Counted from the stretch's first letter, positions 9,418 through 18,869 are shown. The stretch is 64,000 bases of DNA from an uncultured Spirochaetota bacterium (GCA_963745235.1 CAVUXE010000037.1:128001-192000), one strand, 5' to 3'. Made by a program: numbers and translations. The notes: a model not told the origin generated them from the sequence alone.

Positions 9418-10209
9418 ATGACCGCGGCCGCCAGGAAAGACGCGGAGATAGTCCTGGAGACGGTCCGTCTTACCAAAGCCTTCGGAGGGCTGACTGCCGT
9501 TGATGCCCTGGACCTGCGCGTCCATCGGGGGGAAATCTCCAGCCTCATCGGTCCCAACGGCGCCGGGAAAACGACGGTCTTCAACGTCGTCACCGGCATC
9601 TACCGGCCCGAAAGAGGCAGCGTCTTCTTCCAGGGAGAGAACATTACGGGCAGGAAGCCGCACCGGATCGTGGAGCGGGGAATAGCGCGCACGTTCCAGA
9701 ACATCCGCCTGTTCCCGAACCTCACCTGCCTGGAGAACGTCATGGCCGGCCGGCATGCGCGGATGCGAAGCGGCCTTGCCGGCGCCCTGTTTCACCCGCG
9801 CACGCAGGTCGCGGAGGAGAGGGAGACGCGTCGAGCCGCGGAAGAGCGGCTGGCCCAGGTGGGATTGGGTGAGTCCCGCAACGAGCTTGCGCGCAACATC
9901 GCCTACGGCCGGCAACGGATGCTGGAGATTGCGCGCGCGCTGGCCACCTCACCGCGCCTGGTCGTCCTGGACGAGCCGTCCAGCGGGCTGAACCCCCGCG
10001 AGACAGAGGATCTGATGGTGTTCATCAGGAAGATCATCAGGGACGAGCGCCTGACCATACTTCTCATCGAGCACGACATGAACGTCGTGATGGGCATCTC
10101 GGACTGGGTCACCGTGATGGACGGGGGACGCAAAATCGCTGAAGGACATCCCCGGCAGATCTACCATGATCCCCGCGTCATCGAGGCATACCTGGGCGGA
10201 GGGACCTGA
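9418..10209 (+). CDS. livG: Branched-chain amino acid ABC transporter ATP-binding protein
   Basis: Walker A GPNGAGKTT, 'GIARTFQNIRLF', 'LDEP', 'IEHDM', C-terminal 'VIEAYLG'. Confidence 0.94.
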   Translation: MTAAARKDAEIVLETVRLTKAFGGLTAVDALDLRVHRGEISSLIGPNGAGKTTVFNVVTGIYRPERGSVFFQGENITGRKPHRIVERGIARTFQNIRLFPNLTCLENVMAGRHARMRSGLAGALFHPRTQVAEERETRRAAEERLAQVGLGESRNELARNIAYGRQRMLEIARALATSPRLVVLDEPSSGLNPRETEDLMVFIRKIIRDERLTILLIEHDMNVVMGISDWVTVMDGGRKIAEGHPRQIYHDPRVIEAYLGGGT

Positions 10210-10212
10210 GGA

Positions 10213-10962
10213 ATGCCGCCGCTTCTCCAGGTGAAAGACCTGCACATCCACTACGGGGCGCTGGAAGCGCTGAAGGGGGTGACCCTGTCCGTGGAGGAAG
10301 GGGAGATCGTGACAGTGCTCGGCGCCAACGGGGCCGGGAAGAGCACCCTCCTGCGCGCCATTTCGGGCCTGCTTGCGGCCAGGGACGGAGAGATCCTCCT
10401 TGACGGCGCCTCCCTGTCGCGCGTGCCCGCGTGCGACATTGTGCTGAAGGGGATTTCCCATGCCCCGGAGGGCCGCAAGGTCTTCTCCACGCTCACCGTG
10501 GAGGAGAACCTCAACCTGGGGGCGTTCACCCGTCGACACCGAAGGCAGGAAGTCACCGAGGCGCGGGAAAGAGTCTTCGGCCTTTTCCCGCTGCTCTCTG
10601 ACCGCAGGCGACAGCTGGCCGGGACGCTCTCCGGCGGTGAGCAGCAGATGCTGGCAATGGGCAGGGCCCTGATGAGCACGCCCCGGATCCTCCTCCTGGA
10701 CGAGCCCTCACTTGGTCTTGCGCCAATCCTCGTGAACCTGATCTTCGACATCATCCAGGAGATCAACCGCCAGGGCGTGGCAATCCTCCTGGTGGAGCAG
10801 AATGCCCACCAGGCCCTCGCGCTGGCGCGGCGCGGATATGTGCTGGAGGCGGGCGTGATTTCCGCGCAAGGCGCGTCACGGGAGCTGCAGTCCGACCGGC
10901 GGATTCAGGAGGCGTACCTGGGAGGCTCGGGTCTCAACGCACGCGGGCCCGAGCGGGGCTAG
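10213..10962 (+). CDS. livF: Branched-chain amino acid ABC transporter ATP-binding protein
   Basis: GANGAGKST, 'LSGGEQQMLA', 'LLDEPSLGLAP', 'VEQNA'. Confidence 0.95.
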   Translation: MPPLLQVKDLHIHYGALEALKGVTLSVEEGEIVTVLGANGAGKSTLLRAISGLLAARDGEILLDGASLSRVPACDIVLKGISHAPEGRKVFSTLTVEENLNLGAFTRRHRRQEVTEARERVFGLFPLLSDRRRQLAGTLSGGEQQMLAMGRALMSTPRILLLDEPSLGLAPILVNLIFDIIQEINRQGVAILLVEQNAHQALALARRGYVLEAGVISAQGASRELQSDRRIQEAYLGGSGLNARGPERG

Positions 10963-11768
10963 CGCTGGCGGACCTTGCCGGGGGCGCGCGGCGGGTGCGC
11001 CCGGGCGGGAGAAAGCGGCTCCGCAATCGGCGTGCTCTCTATCTTCTGGTTCATGATTGCAAGCCCGCCCCCCGCGCTCAGCGTGCTCATGATGACATCG
11101 TGCACGAGGGCCTCGTGACTCAGCCCCCTGCTTCTTCCCAGGCCGTAGACGAGCGCCAGGGACGCGTAGCCGGAGGGCTGCATGCCGCTCGCCATGAGGA
11201 GCTTGCCGATCTGCGCGGAGTCCGCGTCCTCCAGGGGTGCAACGGCTCGCAGGTCCATGATGGCCCCGCAGGCGGCCAGCGCGGACTCGTAGCCTCTCTG
11301 CATGCCCGCCCCCGCGGCGAGGAGCTCTCCGACAAGCTTGTCGGGAAGTCCCGCGCGGAGATAGATCCCGACCTCTTTGAGCGTCTCGTCTCCGGGACGC
11401 GAGAGGAAGGTCCCGCGCAGCCCCGCATTGGCCATGAGGAGCCGGGCCTGCTCCAGCCGCCCCAACTCTCCGTGAAGAGCGCTCACCAGCGTGTCAGGCG
11501 GGATTCCCTTTGCCTCCCCCTCCCGGAGCCTCTCCATGAGCAGCCACTGGGGAACATGGCGCTGGCCTGCTTCCGAAAAGATGTGGCCAAGCTCGCCGCG
11601 AGCGCTCGCGTACGCCGCGGAGCGGGGGTCTGACCCGTACCAAGTCTTCAGCAGGTCGCTCCACGACGCGCCTGCACCGGCGACAAGCAAAACCGATGAA
11701 AAAAGAAGGATTGCCGCGAGAGGCACGCGGCCGGCTCCGGAGGGGACGTTCATGACGTGAACCCTCAC
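10959..11768 (-). CDS. Exported hypothetical helical protein, third gene of the ECF sigma operon
   Basis: Signal-peptide-like N-terminus; GTGA overlap with the anti-sigma stop; no recognisable domain. Confidence 0.7.
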   Translation of the reverse strand: MRVHVMNVPSGAGRVPLAAILLFSSVLLVAGAGASWSDLLKTWYGSDPRSAAYASARGELGHIFSEAGQRHVPQWLLMERLREGEAKGIPPDTLVSALHGELGRLEQARLLMANAGLRGTFLSRPGDETLKEVGIYLRAGLPDKLVGELLAAGAGMQRGYESALAACGAIMDLRAVAPLEDADSAQIGKLLMASGMQPSGYASLALVYGLGRSRGLSHEALVHDVIMSTLSAGGGLAIMNQKIESTPIAEPLSPARAHPPRAPGKVRQR

Positions 11769-12400
11769 AACCTGAGCACGGAGCTCAGACCGCCGAAGCC
11801 ATCATCGATCTGGCTTTCCGAGTGCGGATCCGGGACCCACCGCTGCCCGTCGATCAGGAAGTCGTAGGTGTAGATTCCCCCCGCGCGCAGCGGCACGATG
11901 ATTTCCCAGACGCCGTGCTGTCCGGCCTTCAGGTTCAGCTCGCCGGGACGCCAGCCGTTCCAGTCACCCGCAAGGCTGACCCGTGAGGCCAAGGGAGCCT
12001 CCAGGGTGAAGCGCACCATGACCTGGGCGCCCGCGGAGCGCATGCGCCCCTGGAGGACAAGTCCGCCAATCCCCAGGAGAAGGGCCACGCACCCGGCCAG
12101 GGGAAGCGCCCATCTGACCGTCTGCATGGTTCGTCCGGAGAAGTGATGCACCTTCACTCTGGTGGCCCGTCGCATGACCGAATCCGTGAAGGAGGATGAC
12201 GGCGATTCTTCGAAGGGAACCAGCCCGGAACGCTCTCCCGCGTCGCGGCGGATCAGAGGGATCAGTGCCCCGTAGGCGCGCGCGCACCGTTCGCACGCCC
12301 GGCTGTGATTGATGATGAAAAAGAGGCTCTGGGCATCTGAGACATGCCCTTGTTCCCACTCGCTGATTGCCGCGTCCACGCGTTGACAGGTGTCGTTCAT
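11765..12400 (-). CDS. Zinc-binding anti-sigma factor with TM helix and C-terminal CBM48/glycogen-binding (isoamylase early set) domain
   Basis: HxxxCxxC (HSRACERC), one TM segment, then 'VRFTLEAP.ASRVSLAGDWNGW...GVWEIIVPL..G.YTYDFLIDGQRWVPDP'. Confidence 0.85.
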   Translation of the reverse strand: MNDTCQRVDAAISEWEQGHVSDAQSLFFIINHSRACERCARAYGALIPLIRRDAGERSGLVPFEESPSSSFTDSVMRRATRVKVHHFSGRTMQTVRWALPLAGCVALLLGIGGLVLQGRMRSAGAQVMVRFTLEAPLASRVSLAGDWNGWRPGELNLKAGQHGVWEIIVPLRAGGIYTYDFLIDGQRWVPDPHSESQIDDGFGGLSSVLRL

Positions 12401-12446
12401 ACCGCTGCCTGCTTTGTTACTCTGCCGTTGCCTGCTGGTTATTATA

Positions 12447-13046
12447 CTATGGTAGACCTTCCTTCGTTGCGTTCCTCTGGAGACTTTCGCGCAGCTTCTG
12501 CCGGCCGCGGAAAAGGCGGGACTTCACGTTTTCCACGCCGATATTGAGCACCGCCCCGATTGCCTCCACCTTCATCTCCTCGTAGTAGTACAGCACAACC
12601 ACCTCTCGCAGGGTGGGCGGGAGGGAGTCCACGGCACGGCGCAGCGCGTCTCGCTCGTATTCCTCCATCACGACGCGCTGCGGGTCGGCCTCCCCGCCCG
12701 CGGCCAGCTCGACCTCCACGGCGGTCACCCGCTCCTCGCGTCTTTTCATGCGGCCGTAGGCGCTGCGAAGGTGGTTGACGGCAATGCTGTAGAGCCAGGG
12801 AAGGAGCTTCCTGTCCAGGCTGAAGCGGTGCAGCGACCGATAGGCGCGCAGGAAGATCTCCTGCGCCGCCTCCTCCGCCTCCTCCCGGTTGCCAAGGAAA
12901 GAAAGGGCAAGCCTCACGACGAGGCCCTTGTAGCGATCCACGATGAGCCGAAAGGCGTCCCGGTTTCCGCGGAGGACCTCGCCGATGGCGGCGAGCTCGT
13001 CCGCGCGTTCACTCTCCCCGGCGCGAATCTCTTCCACGGGAGTCAA
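12447..13046 (-). CDS. ECF RNA polymerase sigma factor (sigma70 group 4); start uncertain
   Basis: Region 2 'AEEAAQEIFLRAYRSL...WLYSIAVN'; region 4 'LPPTLREVVVLYYYEEM...NVKSRLFRGRQKLR'. Confidence 0.93.
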   Translation of the reverse strand: MTPVEEIRAGESERADELAAIGEVLRGNRDAFRLIVDRYKGLVVRLALSFLGNREEAEEAAQEIFLRAYRSLHRFSLDRKLLPWLYSIAVNHLRSAYGRMKRREERVTAVEVELAAGGEADPQRVVMEEYERDALRRAVDSLPPTLREVVVLYYYEEMKVEAIGAVLNIGVENVKSRLFRGRQKLRESLQRNATKEGLP

Positions 13047-13129
13047 TGTACCACCCCGCGCCTGGAAAAAGGACAGACCGCATGTTTTCATTCCTGCAAC
13101 CGCGCCGCCACGGGGCGGGTACAATGAAG

Positions 13130-13268
13130 GGTCACCATTGTGGGCGCTGTCGGCCTCCCCAGAGAACTGAACAGCGCGCGGGAGAGCGAAAGCGCGGGCC
13201 CCGTTCCGCGCGCCTCCCGCAAATCCCTTTCCACGGCCGGCCGCAGGCCCCCCTGAGCGCCCTTGATC
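13130..13268. ncRNA. Candidate structured RNA: rod-like hairpin with central bubble (6S-like architecture)
   Basis: Nested pairings GGGCGCT(13142-48)/AGCGCCC(13256-62), GTCGGCC/GGCCGGC, GCGGGAG/CTCCCGC, GCGCGG/CCGCGC with an unpaired central region. Intergenic; not confirmed by any covariance model. Confidence 0.25.
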
Positions 13269-13391
13269 GGGGGCACTGGACCGGCCATCTTTTTTCCCGG
13301 GCCAGGTGCATGCAATAACCCGCCGCGTCGTTCGTCTTTGAGAGCATGACGATCACGGCCCCCGCAGGGTCCCCGTCTCACGCGCAGGCGC

Positions 13392-13456
13392 TTGACGCTC
13401 GGCGCGAAAGACTGTATGTTTTCGAATATTACGGAATCGAACATTTCGTAATCGAA
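13392..13456 (+). promoter_or_regulatory. Promoter of the MarR efflux operon with three tandem operator-like repeats
   Basis: TTGACG-N17-TATGTT; TCGAA recurs with 15-bp period (13422, 13437, 13452), each unit an imperfect TTCG-N4-CGAA palindrome. Confidence 0.65.
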
Positions 13457-13465
13457 GAAACGACC

Positions 13466-13900
13466 ATGAAAGAAATACAGCTTCTTGAGCTCCTGGGTGA
13501 CATCTACCGCCGGGTCTTCCGGGCCGTCGCCCCACTGGCGCAGTCGGAAGGCCTCTCCATGACGGAGATGCTCGTCGTGTGGAAGATGCACTCGCGGGAA
13601 TGCCGCAGGGTGAAGGAGCTGGTCGCGGAGATCGGGCTTCCCCCGAGCACGCTCACCGGGATCCTGGACCGTCTCACCGCCGCCGGCTGGCTCGCCCGGG
13701 AGGACGACCGGGAGGACCGCAGGGCCGTGGTCATGAGGCGCACGGAGAAGCTGGACAAGTTCATCCGCATCTTGAGGCAGGAAAGAACGAAGTCCCTGGA
13801 GGCTGCATTCCGCAAGCTCCCCCGCGACCTCGTCGAACGGCTGACGGAAGACCTGACCGCCGTTCATGACATTCTGGAAGCTGAGGAGAAGCAGGAATGA
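13466..13900 (+). CDS. MarR-family transcriptional regulator
   Basis: 'GLSMTEMLVV', 'STLTGILDRL...GWLAREDDREDRRAV'. Confidence 0.92.
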   Translation: MKEIQLLELLGDIYRRVFRAVAPLAQSEGLSMTEMLVVWKMHSRECRRVKELVAEIGLPPSTLTGILDRLTAAGWLAREDDREDRRAVVMRRTEKLDKFIRILRQERTKSLEAAFRKLPRDLVERLTEDLTAVHDILEAEEKQE

Positions 13901-15492
13901 GCGATATCACGCGGGCGCGGGGGGCGGCCCCCGCGAAGGCTCTGCAGACCGGCGTGGAGGCGGGGCAGTCCGGATACCACTGGATGGCCCCGGTCCTTGT
14001 GGCCCTTATTGGCGCGTTCATGTCCATCCTGGACTCGAGCATCGTCAACGTTGCAATCCCGACGATGATGAACGTGTTCAACGCGAACCCAAGCTCGATC
14101 CAATGGGTGTCCACAATCTACATGCTCGCCCTGGGCGTCGTGATACCGCTCTCCGGCTGGCTCGGAGACCGCATCGGTTTCAAACGGCTGTACGTCCTCT
14201 CCATGGCGGTATTCGTGGCGGGCTCACTGCTGTGCACATTGGCGTGGGACCTGAACTCCCTCATCTTCGCCCGCGTGGTCCAGGCAATGGGCGGCGGGAT
14301 GATCATGCCGACCACAATGGCCATGATCTACCGCATGGTTCCGCGGGACAAGATCGGCTCGGGAATGGGGATCTTCGGCATCGCGCTTCTGGTTGCCCCC
14401 GCCATCGGCCCGACCCTCGGCGGGTACCTTGTCGAGTACGTGGAGTGGCGGTGGATATTCACCATCAACCTTCCCATCGGAGTGATCGGCATTCTGCTCG
14501 CGCTCTTCATCCTCCCGGAGTTCCAGTCCAAGCATCCCGGCAAGCTCGACGTCTGGGGGGTCGTTACATCGGCATCCGCGCTGTTCAGCCTGCTGCTCGC
14601 CCTCAGCAAGGGGTCGGACTGGGGCTGGGGAGATGAAAGGACCGTCCTGCTCTTTCTTGCGAGCTTCTTCTCGTTTGTCCTTTTCATCTACATGGAGCTG
14701 ACGTCGGACAACCCGCTGCTCGATCTGCGGGCTTTCAAGTACGTGAGCTTCACCGTGGCGAATCTCTCTCTCGTGGTGACCACCATCGGGATGTTTTCCG
14801 GCCTCTTCTTCCTTCCCCTGTTCCTGCAGAGCATCCGGGGCATCGGGGCCATGGAGACCGGGCTGCTCATGATGCCCGGCGCAATCATCTCCGGGATGAT
14901 GATGCCCGTGGTTGGCCGGTTGTTCGACAAGATCGGGCCTCGGCCTCTGGTGATAACGGGTCTTCTCCTGCTCTCATTCATCACCTTCCTGTTTCGCAAC
15001 CTGAACCTGGAGACCGCGACCGCCACCATCATGCTGTGGACGCTCCTCCGGGGGTTCGTGATGCCCCTGGCGATGATGCCGGCCCAGACGGCAGCGATGG
15101 TGGATATCCCCACTGAGCTGATCGGCCGGGCCTCCTCCATCACCAACATCGTCTCTCGTGTATCCAGCTCCTTCGGGATTGCCGTTCTGACCTCCATGCT
15201 GACCACCCGCCAGATCATGCACGGCGCGAACCTCGCGTGGAGGGTCTCCGCGGCGAATCCGACGGCAATGAGCGTCATTCACCAGGCAGGTGCTGCCATG
15301 GGCGGCGGCTCCCAGGGCCGGAGCATCGCGCTCGCGTTCCTGGATGGGATGGTGGCCAAGATGTCGTTCGTCAATGCGATCGATGATGTCTTTCTTGTCA
15401 CGGCGGCGTTCACCCTGATAGCGCTCGTCCCCGCGTACTTCCTCAAGAAGGGCGTGCATGGCGGGCCGCGGGGAGCAGCGATGGCCGAATAA
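13897..15492 (+). CDS. emrB: DHA2-family (EmrB/QacA-like) MFS efflux permease
   Basis: 'FMSILDSSIVNVAIP', 'GWLGDRIGFKR', 'APAIGPTLGG', 'WRWIFTINLPIG'; 14-TM size. Confidence 0.92.
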   Translation: MSDITRARGAAPAKALQTGVEAGQSGYHWMAPVLVALIGAFMSILDSSIVNVAIPTMMNVFNANPSSIQWVSTIYMLALGVVIPLSGWLGDRIGFKRLYVLSMAVFVAGSLLCTLAWDLNSLIFARVVQAMGGGMIMPTTMAMIYRMVPRDKIGSGMGIFGIALLVAPAIGPTLGGYLVEYVEWRWIFTINLPIGVIGILLALFILPEFQSKHPGKLDVWGVVTSASALFSLLLALSKGSDWGWGDERTVLLFLASFFSFVLFIYMELTSDNPLLDLRAFKYVSFTVANLSLVVTTIGMFSGLFFLPLFLQSIRGIGAMETGLLMMPGAIISGMMMPVVGRLFDKIGPRPLVITGLLLLSFITFLFRNLNLETATATIMLWTLLRGFVMPLAMMPAQTAAMVDIPTELIGRASSITNIVSRVSSSFGIAVLTSMLTTRQIMHGANLAWRVSAANPTAMSVIHQAGAAMGGGSQGRSIALAFLDGMVAKMSFVNAIDDVFLVTAAFTLIALVPAYFLKKGVHGGPRGAAMAE

Positions 15493-15555
15493 GGTGGGTC
15501 CGTCCCCTGCGCCCGGTCGCCGGGGCCTAATCCAATTTCCAGAGAGGAAGATCTG

Positions 15556-16251
15556 ATGTCACGAAGAACTGTCATTATGCTCGTTATCGCCATTGCGGTG
15601 GTTGCGACGGTGGGAATCGTCGGGTACTACGGGTACCAGGGGTACCGCTACGTCTCCACTGACGACGCGCGGATCGCCTCCAACGTCGTTTCGGTCAGCC
15701 CGGAGATCGCCGGAAAGATCCTGGAATGGCGGGTCAAGGAAGGCGACATGGTCCAGAAGGACGATGTCCTGGGACGCCAGGATCTGGGCGCCGCGCTCAC
15801 CTCGGGGGCAATCAATCCGCAGGCTATGGGCTCGGTGGCGGGTGTCGTGGCGGAAAAGGCGATCCTGCGGGCGCCCCTTGCCGGGCAGGTCATCCTGTCC
15901 ACGGCCGTCGTCGGCGAAATGGCGGTGCCGGGCATGTCCCTCGCCGTCATCGCGGACACGGAAGGGCTGTACGTCAGCGCGAACATCAAAGAGGGGGACA
16001 TTGCCCGCGTGAAGATCGGCCAGCAGGTGAGCGTCTGGATAGATGCGTTTCACGGCAGGCTGTTCCATGGACGGGTGGAGACCATCGGCCGCGCCACCTC
16101 CTCCACGTTCTCCCTCCTTCCCGCCCAGAACGGAGGCGGAAATTACACGAAGGTCGTCCAGGTCATCCCGATCAAGATCAGCATCCTGGATCAGGGCGAC
16201 GCTCGTTTCATGATCGGGATGAACGCATATATCAAGATCCACATCAACTGA
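15556..16251 (+). CDS. Short HlyD/EmrA-family membrane fusion protein
   Basis: N-terminal TM, 'YVSTDDARI', 'FSLLPAQNGGGNYTKVVQVIPIKI' (EmrA signature); the alpha-hairpin is nearly absent. Confidence 0.9.
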   Translation: MSRRTVIMLVIAIAVVATVGIVGYYGYQGYRYVSTDDARIASNVVSVSPEIAGKILEWRVKEGDMVQKDDVLGRQDLGAALTSGAINPQAMGSVAGVVAEKAILRAPLAGQVILSTAVVGEMAVPGMSLAVIADTEGLYVSANIKEGDIARVKIGQQVSVWIDAFHGRLFHGRVETIGRATSSTFSLLPAQNGGGNYTKVVQVIPIKISILDQGDARFMIGMNAYIKIHIN

Positions 16252-16271
16252 GAAATGCAAGGAGCGAAGTC

Positions 16272-17417
16272 GTGAACAATCGGTTCCATAAATCATTCGT
16301 GATCATTACGGCCGCGGCGCTGGCCGTGAGCCTCCTGTCCTGCCAGCCGAAAGCGGCCGTACGTGTCAGCGTACAGACGTCGGCCGCGCATGACGGAAAG
16401 ATAGTCAAAGACGTCGACTTTTCCGGCGTTCTGGTCCCTAATCAAACCGTCAACATTTTCGCGAAGATTGCCGGCCAGGCTACATACGTTGGCGGCGACG
16501 TGGGCACACCGGTGAAGGCCGGGCAGCTCCTGGTGCAGATCGACACAAAGGAGCTGAACGCGCAGCTGAAGGTTGCGGAGGCCCAGCTGTCCGGGGTGTC
16601 AGACCAGGGCGCGCAGGCGAAAATCGGGGTGGAGACCGCGCGGTTGAACCTGGACCTGGCCCAGCGGGCGTACGACCGGACGAAAACGCTGCTGGAGAGC
16701 AAGGTGGTCACGCAGAGCCAGCTGGATGATGCCCAGACGAAGCTGGACCTCGCAAAGAGCGCTTTCGACAATGCAAACCGGCAGTACCAGACCGTCAGCG
16801 GCTCGGGGCTCGCCCAGGCGGAGGCCCAGGTCAACTTCATCAGGGTCCAGATCTCCAACAGCACCATCACGACCCCCATCACGGGCATCATCACGAATCG
16901 CAACATCAATCCCGGCGAGATCACCTCCACGACCACGGCCCTGATGTCGATTGCCGACACGGCAACGCTGAAGCTGCAGGGGAACCTGTCCCAGGAGGAT
17001 ATCGTGCACCTGTCCATCGGGGACGCGGTGAAAGTGTCCGTGGATGCCATCCCGGGAAAGACCTACGCGGGCCGGGTCCAGCAGGTGGGCCCTGTCGCGG
17101 CCGCCACGGGCCAGTATTTCCCGGTTGTCGTTGCCCTCGCGAACGACCGCAAGCTCCTTGCCGGCATGACGGCGAAGGCGTCCTTCACGTTGACAGGGTC
17201 TCCAGGGATCATCGTAGCGCTCCCGGCCATCGACGCGGGAGAGGACGGCCAGGCATATGTGTTCGTGGTCGCCGGCGGCAAGGCTCACAAGAGGCAGGTA
17301 ACTCTCGGAATGAGAAACGGCAACGAGGTGCAGGTGCTGTCCGGGCTTGCGGCGGGGGAGATGGTGGCAGTCACCAATGTGGAAGCGCTGGTGGACGGGA
17401 TGGAGGTGGCTCAATGA
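16272..17417 (+). CDS. RND-type periplasmic adaptor (membrane fusion) lipoprotein
   Basis: GTG start after AAGGAG, lipobox 'SLLSC', lipoyl halves flanking a long coiled coil, C-terminal 'VLSGLAAGEMV'. Confidence 0.88.
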   Translation: MNNRFHKSFVIITAAALAVSLLSCQPKAAVRVSVQTSAAHDGKIVKDVDFSGVLVPNQTVNIFAKIAGQATYVGGDVGTPVKAGQLLVQIDTKELNAQLKVAEAQLSGVSDQGAQAKIGVETARLNLDLAQRAYDRTKTLLESKVVTQSQLDDAQTKLDLAKSAFDNANRQYQTVSGSGLAQAEAQVNFIRVQISNSTITTPITGIITNRNINPGEITSTTTALMSIADTATLKLQGNLSQEDIVHLSIGDAVKVSVDAIPGKTYAGRVQQVGPVAAATGQYFPVVVALANDRKLLAGMTAKASFTLTGSPGIIVALPAIDAGEDGQAYVFVVAGGKAHKRQVTLGMRNGNEVQVLSGLAAGEMVAVTNVEALVDGMEVAQ

Positions 17418-18869
17418 GCGCTCCACTGCGCGCCGCCGCGGCCGTCGCCATGTTCCTGCTGGCGGGCGCCGGCGCCATGGCGTTCGCCCAGGACGCGGGT
17501 CAGAGTGCGTCCGCGACGCAGGGCGCCGGACAGTCCGCGGCGCTCACGCTCACGGTGGATCAGGCCGTGGCGCGTGCGCTCGCCAACCAGCCCCTCATCC
17601 AGCAGGCGCAGGCCGCGGTGGAGGCCGCCCGGGCGCGAGTCGGGGAGGCGAACAGCGCGTACTACCCGTTTCTCAACGGCACGGCTTCGTACAACAGGCT
17701 GTCGGATGAAAGCTTCCCGCTGGGTGCACTGCTTCCCCCCGCAGCCGAGCTCTCCCAGTTCGGGATCACGATTCCCCCCAGCTTTGCGCCGCTTCTGAAT
17801 GCCCCCTTTTCCTTTGCCCCCGTGAACTCGTGGGATTTCAAGCTCGGATTCAATCAGGTGATCTTTCAATTCGGCAGGAGAGGCATCCAGGTCAAGCTGG
17901 CGGAAAATGGCGTCTCCGCAGCCGAAATTGGCGTCGAGCAGATACGCTCAAGTCTCGCGTTCCAGGCCGCGCAGGGGTTCTACACGGTCCTTTTCCTCAA
18001 GCAGCAGCTGGCAGCCCTGGACACGCAGCTTGCGAACCTCCAGGAGCACCTGGATGCGGTGCGGGTACGGACGCAGACCGGAGCGGCCACACGGTACGAC
18101 GAGCTTTCAACCGAGGTGCGCATTACCGCGCTGCGGAGCCAGCGCATCGATGCCGACAACATGCTGAACAAGCAGGCTGTCGGGCTGAAGCTGCTCCTCG
18201 GCATCGAAGCGAATGCACAGCTGGATCTGAGCGGTGACTTCACTCCGGGGGCTGCCGCATCCCCGGACGAGCAGGCCCAGGTCGCCTCCGCACTTTCGCG
18301 TCGGCCGGAGATCCGCCAGGCAGTCGAGGCTGAGAGGGCCGCGGAGCTGAACCGCAGGCTCTCCACCATGGGCGCCTGGCCCACGATCTCCGGGCACGCC
18401 TCGGTTGGCTACTCGAACGGGATACTTCCGGATCTCAACACGCCGGTCCTGAACTGGGTTGCCGGTGTTCAGGTGAATGTCCCCATTTTCCAGGGTTTTC
18501 TCGTTGCCCGCCAGGGTGAGGAAGCCGACAAGAAGCTGCTCGCGGCCCGGGCAGAACACGATGCAGGTCAAGCGCACCATCACGATTCAGGTGCTGCAGG
18601 CCATGCAGGACATAGATGCAGGGGGCAGGCAAGTGGAGAGCGCCCAGGTGCAGCTCGGGCAGGCGAAAGAAATGCTGGACGTGGTCAAGCTGCAGTACGA
18701 CCTGGGGATGCTGACGAACCTGGAGTACCTCGATGCGCAGGCATCGCTGGAGCGCGCGCAGCTCTCGAGCCTGCAGAGCCAGTACCGCCAGGTGCTGAAT
18801 CAGTACTCTCTGGATCTGGCTACCGGGGCGCCCTTCTGGTTGATGGGGCCCGGGGCAACGGGGAAGTGA
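17414..18869 (+). CDS. tolC: TolC-family outer membrane efflux protein, frameshifted near 18550
   Basis: 'LTVDQAVARALANQP', 'YYPFL', 'VNVPIFQGF'; C-terminus 'YDLGMLTNLEYLDAQ...LDLATG' lies in ORF 18477-18869. Confidence 0.85.

Noticed and set aside
13412-13456. Possible mini-CRISPR or iteron array
   Set aside because: Only three degenerate 15-bp units with no spacers and no cas or rep genes; better explained as operators.
15726-16271. Long N-terminal extension of the adaptor ORF overlapping the EmrA-like gene
   Set aside because: Low-complexity shadow frame of GC-rich DNA; the real start is GTG 16272 with RBS and lipobox.
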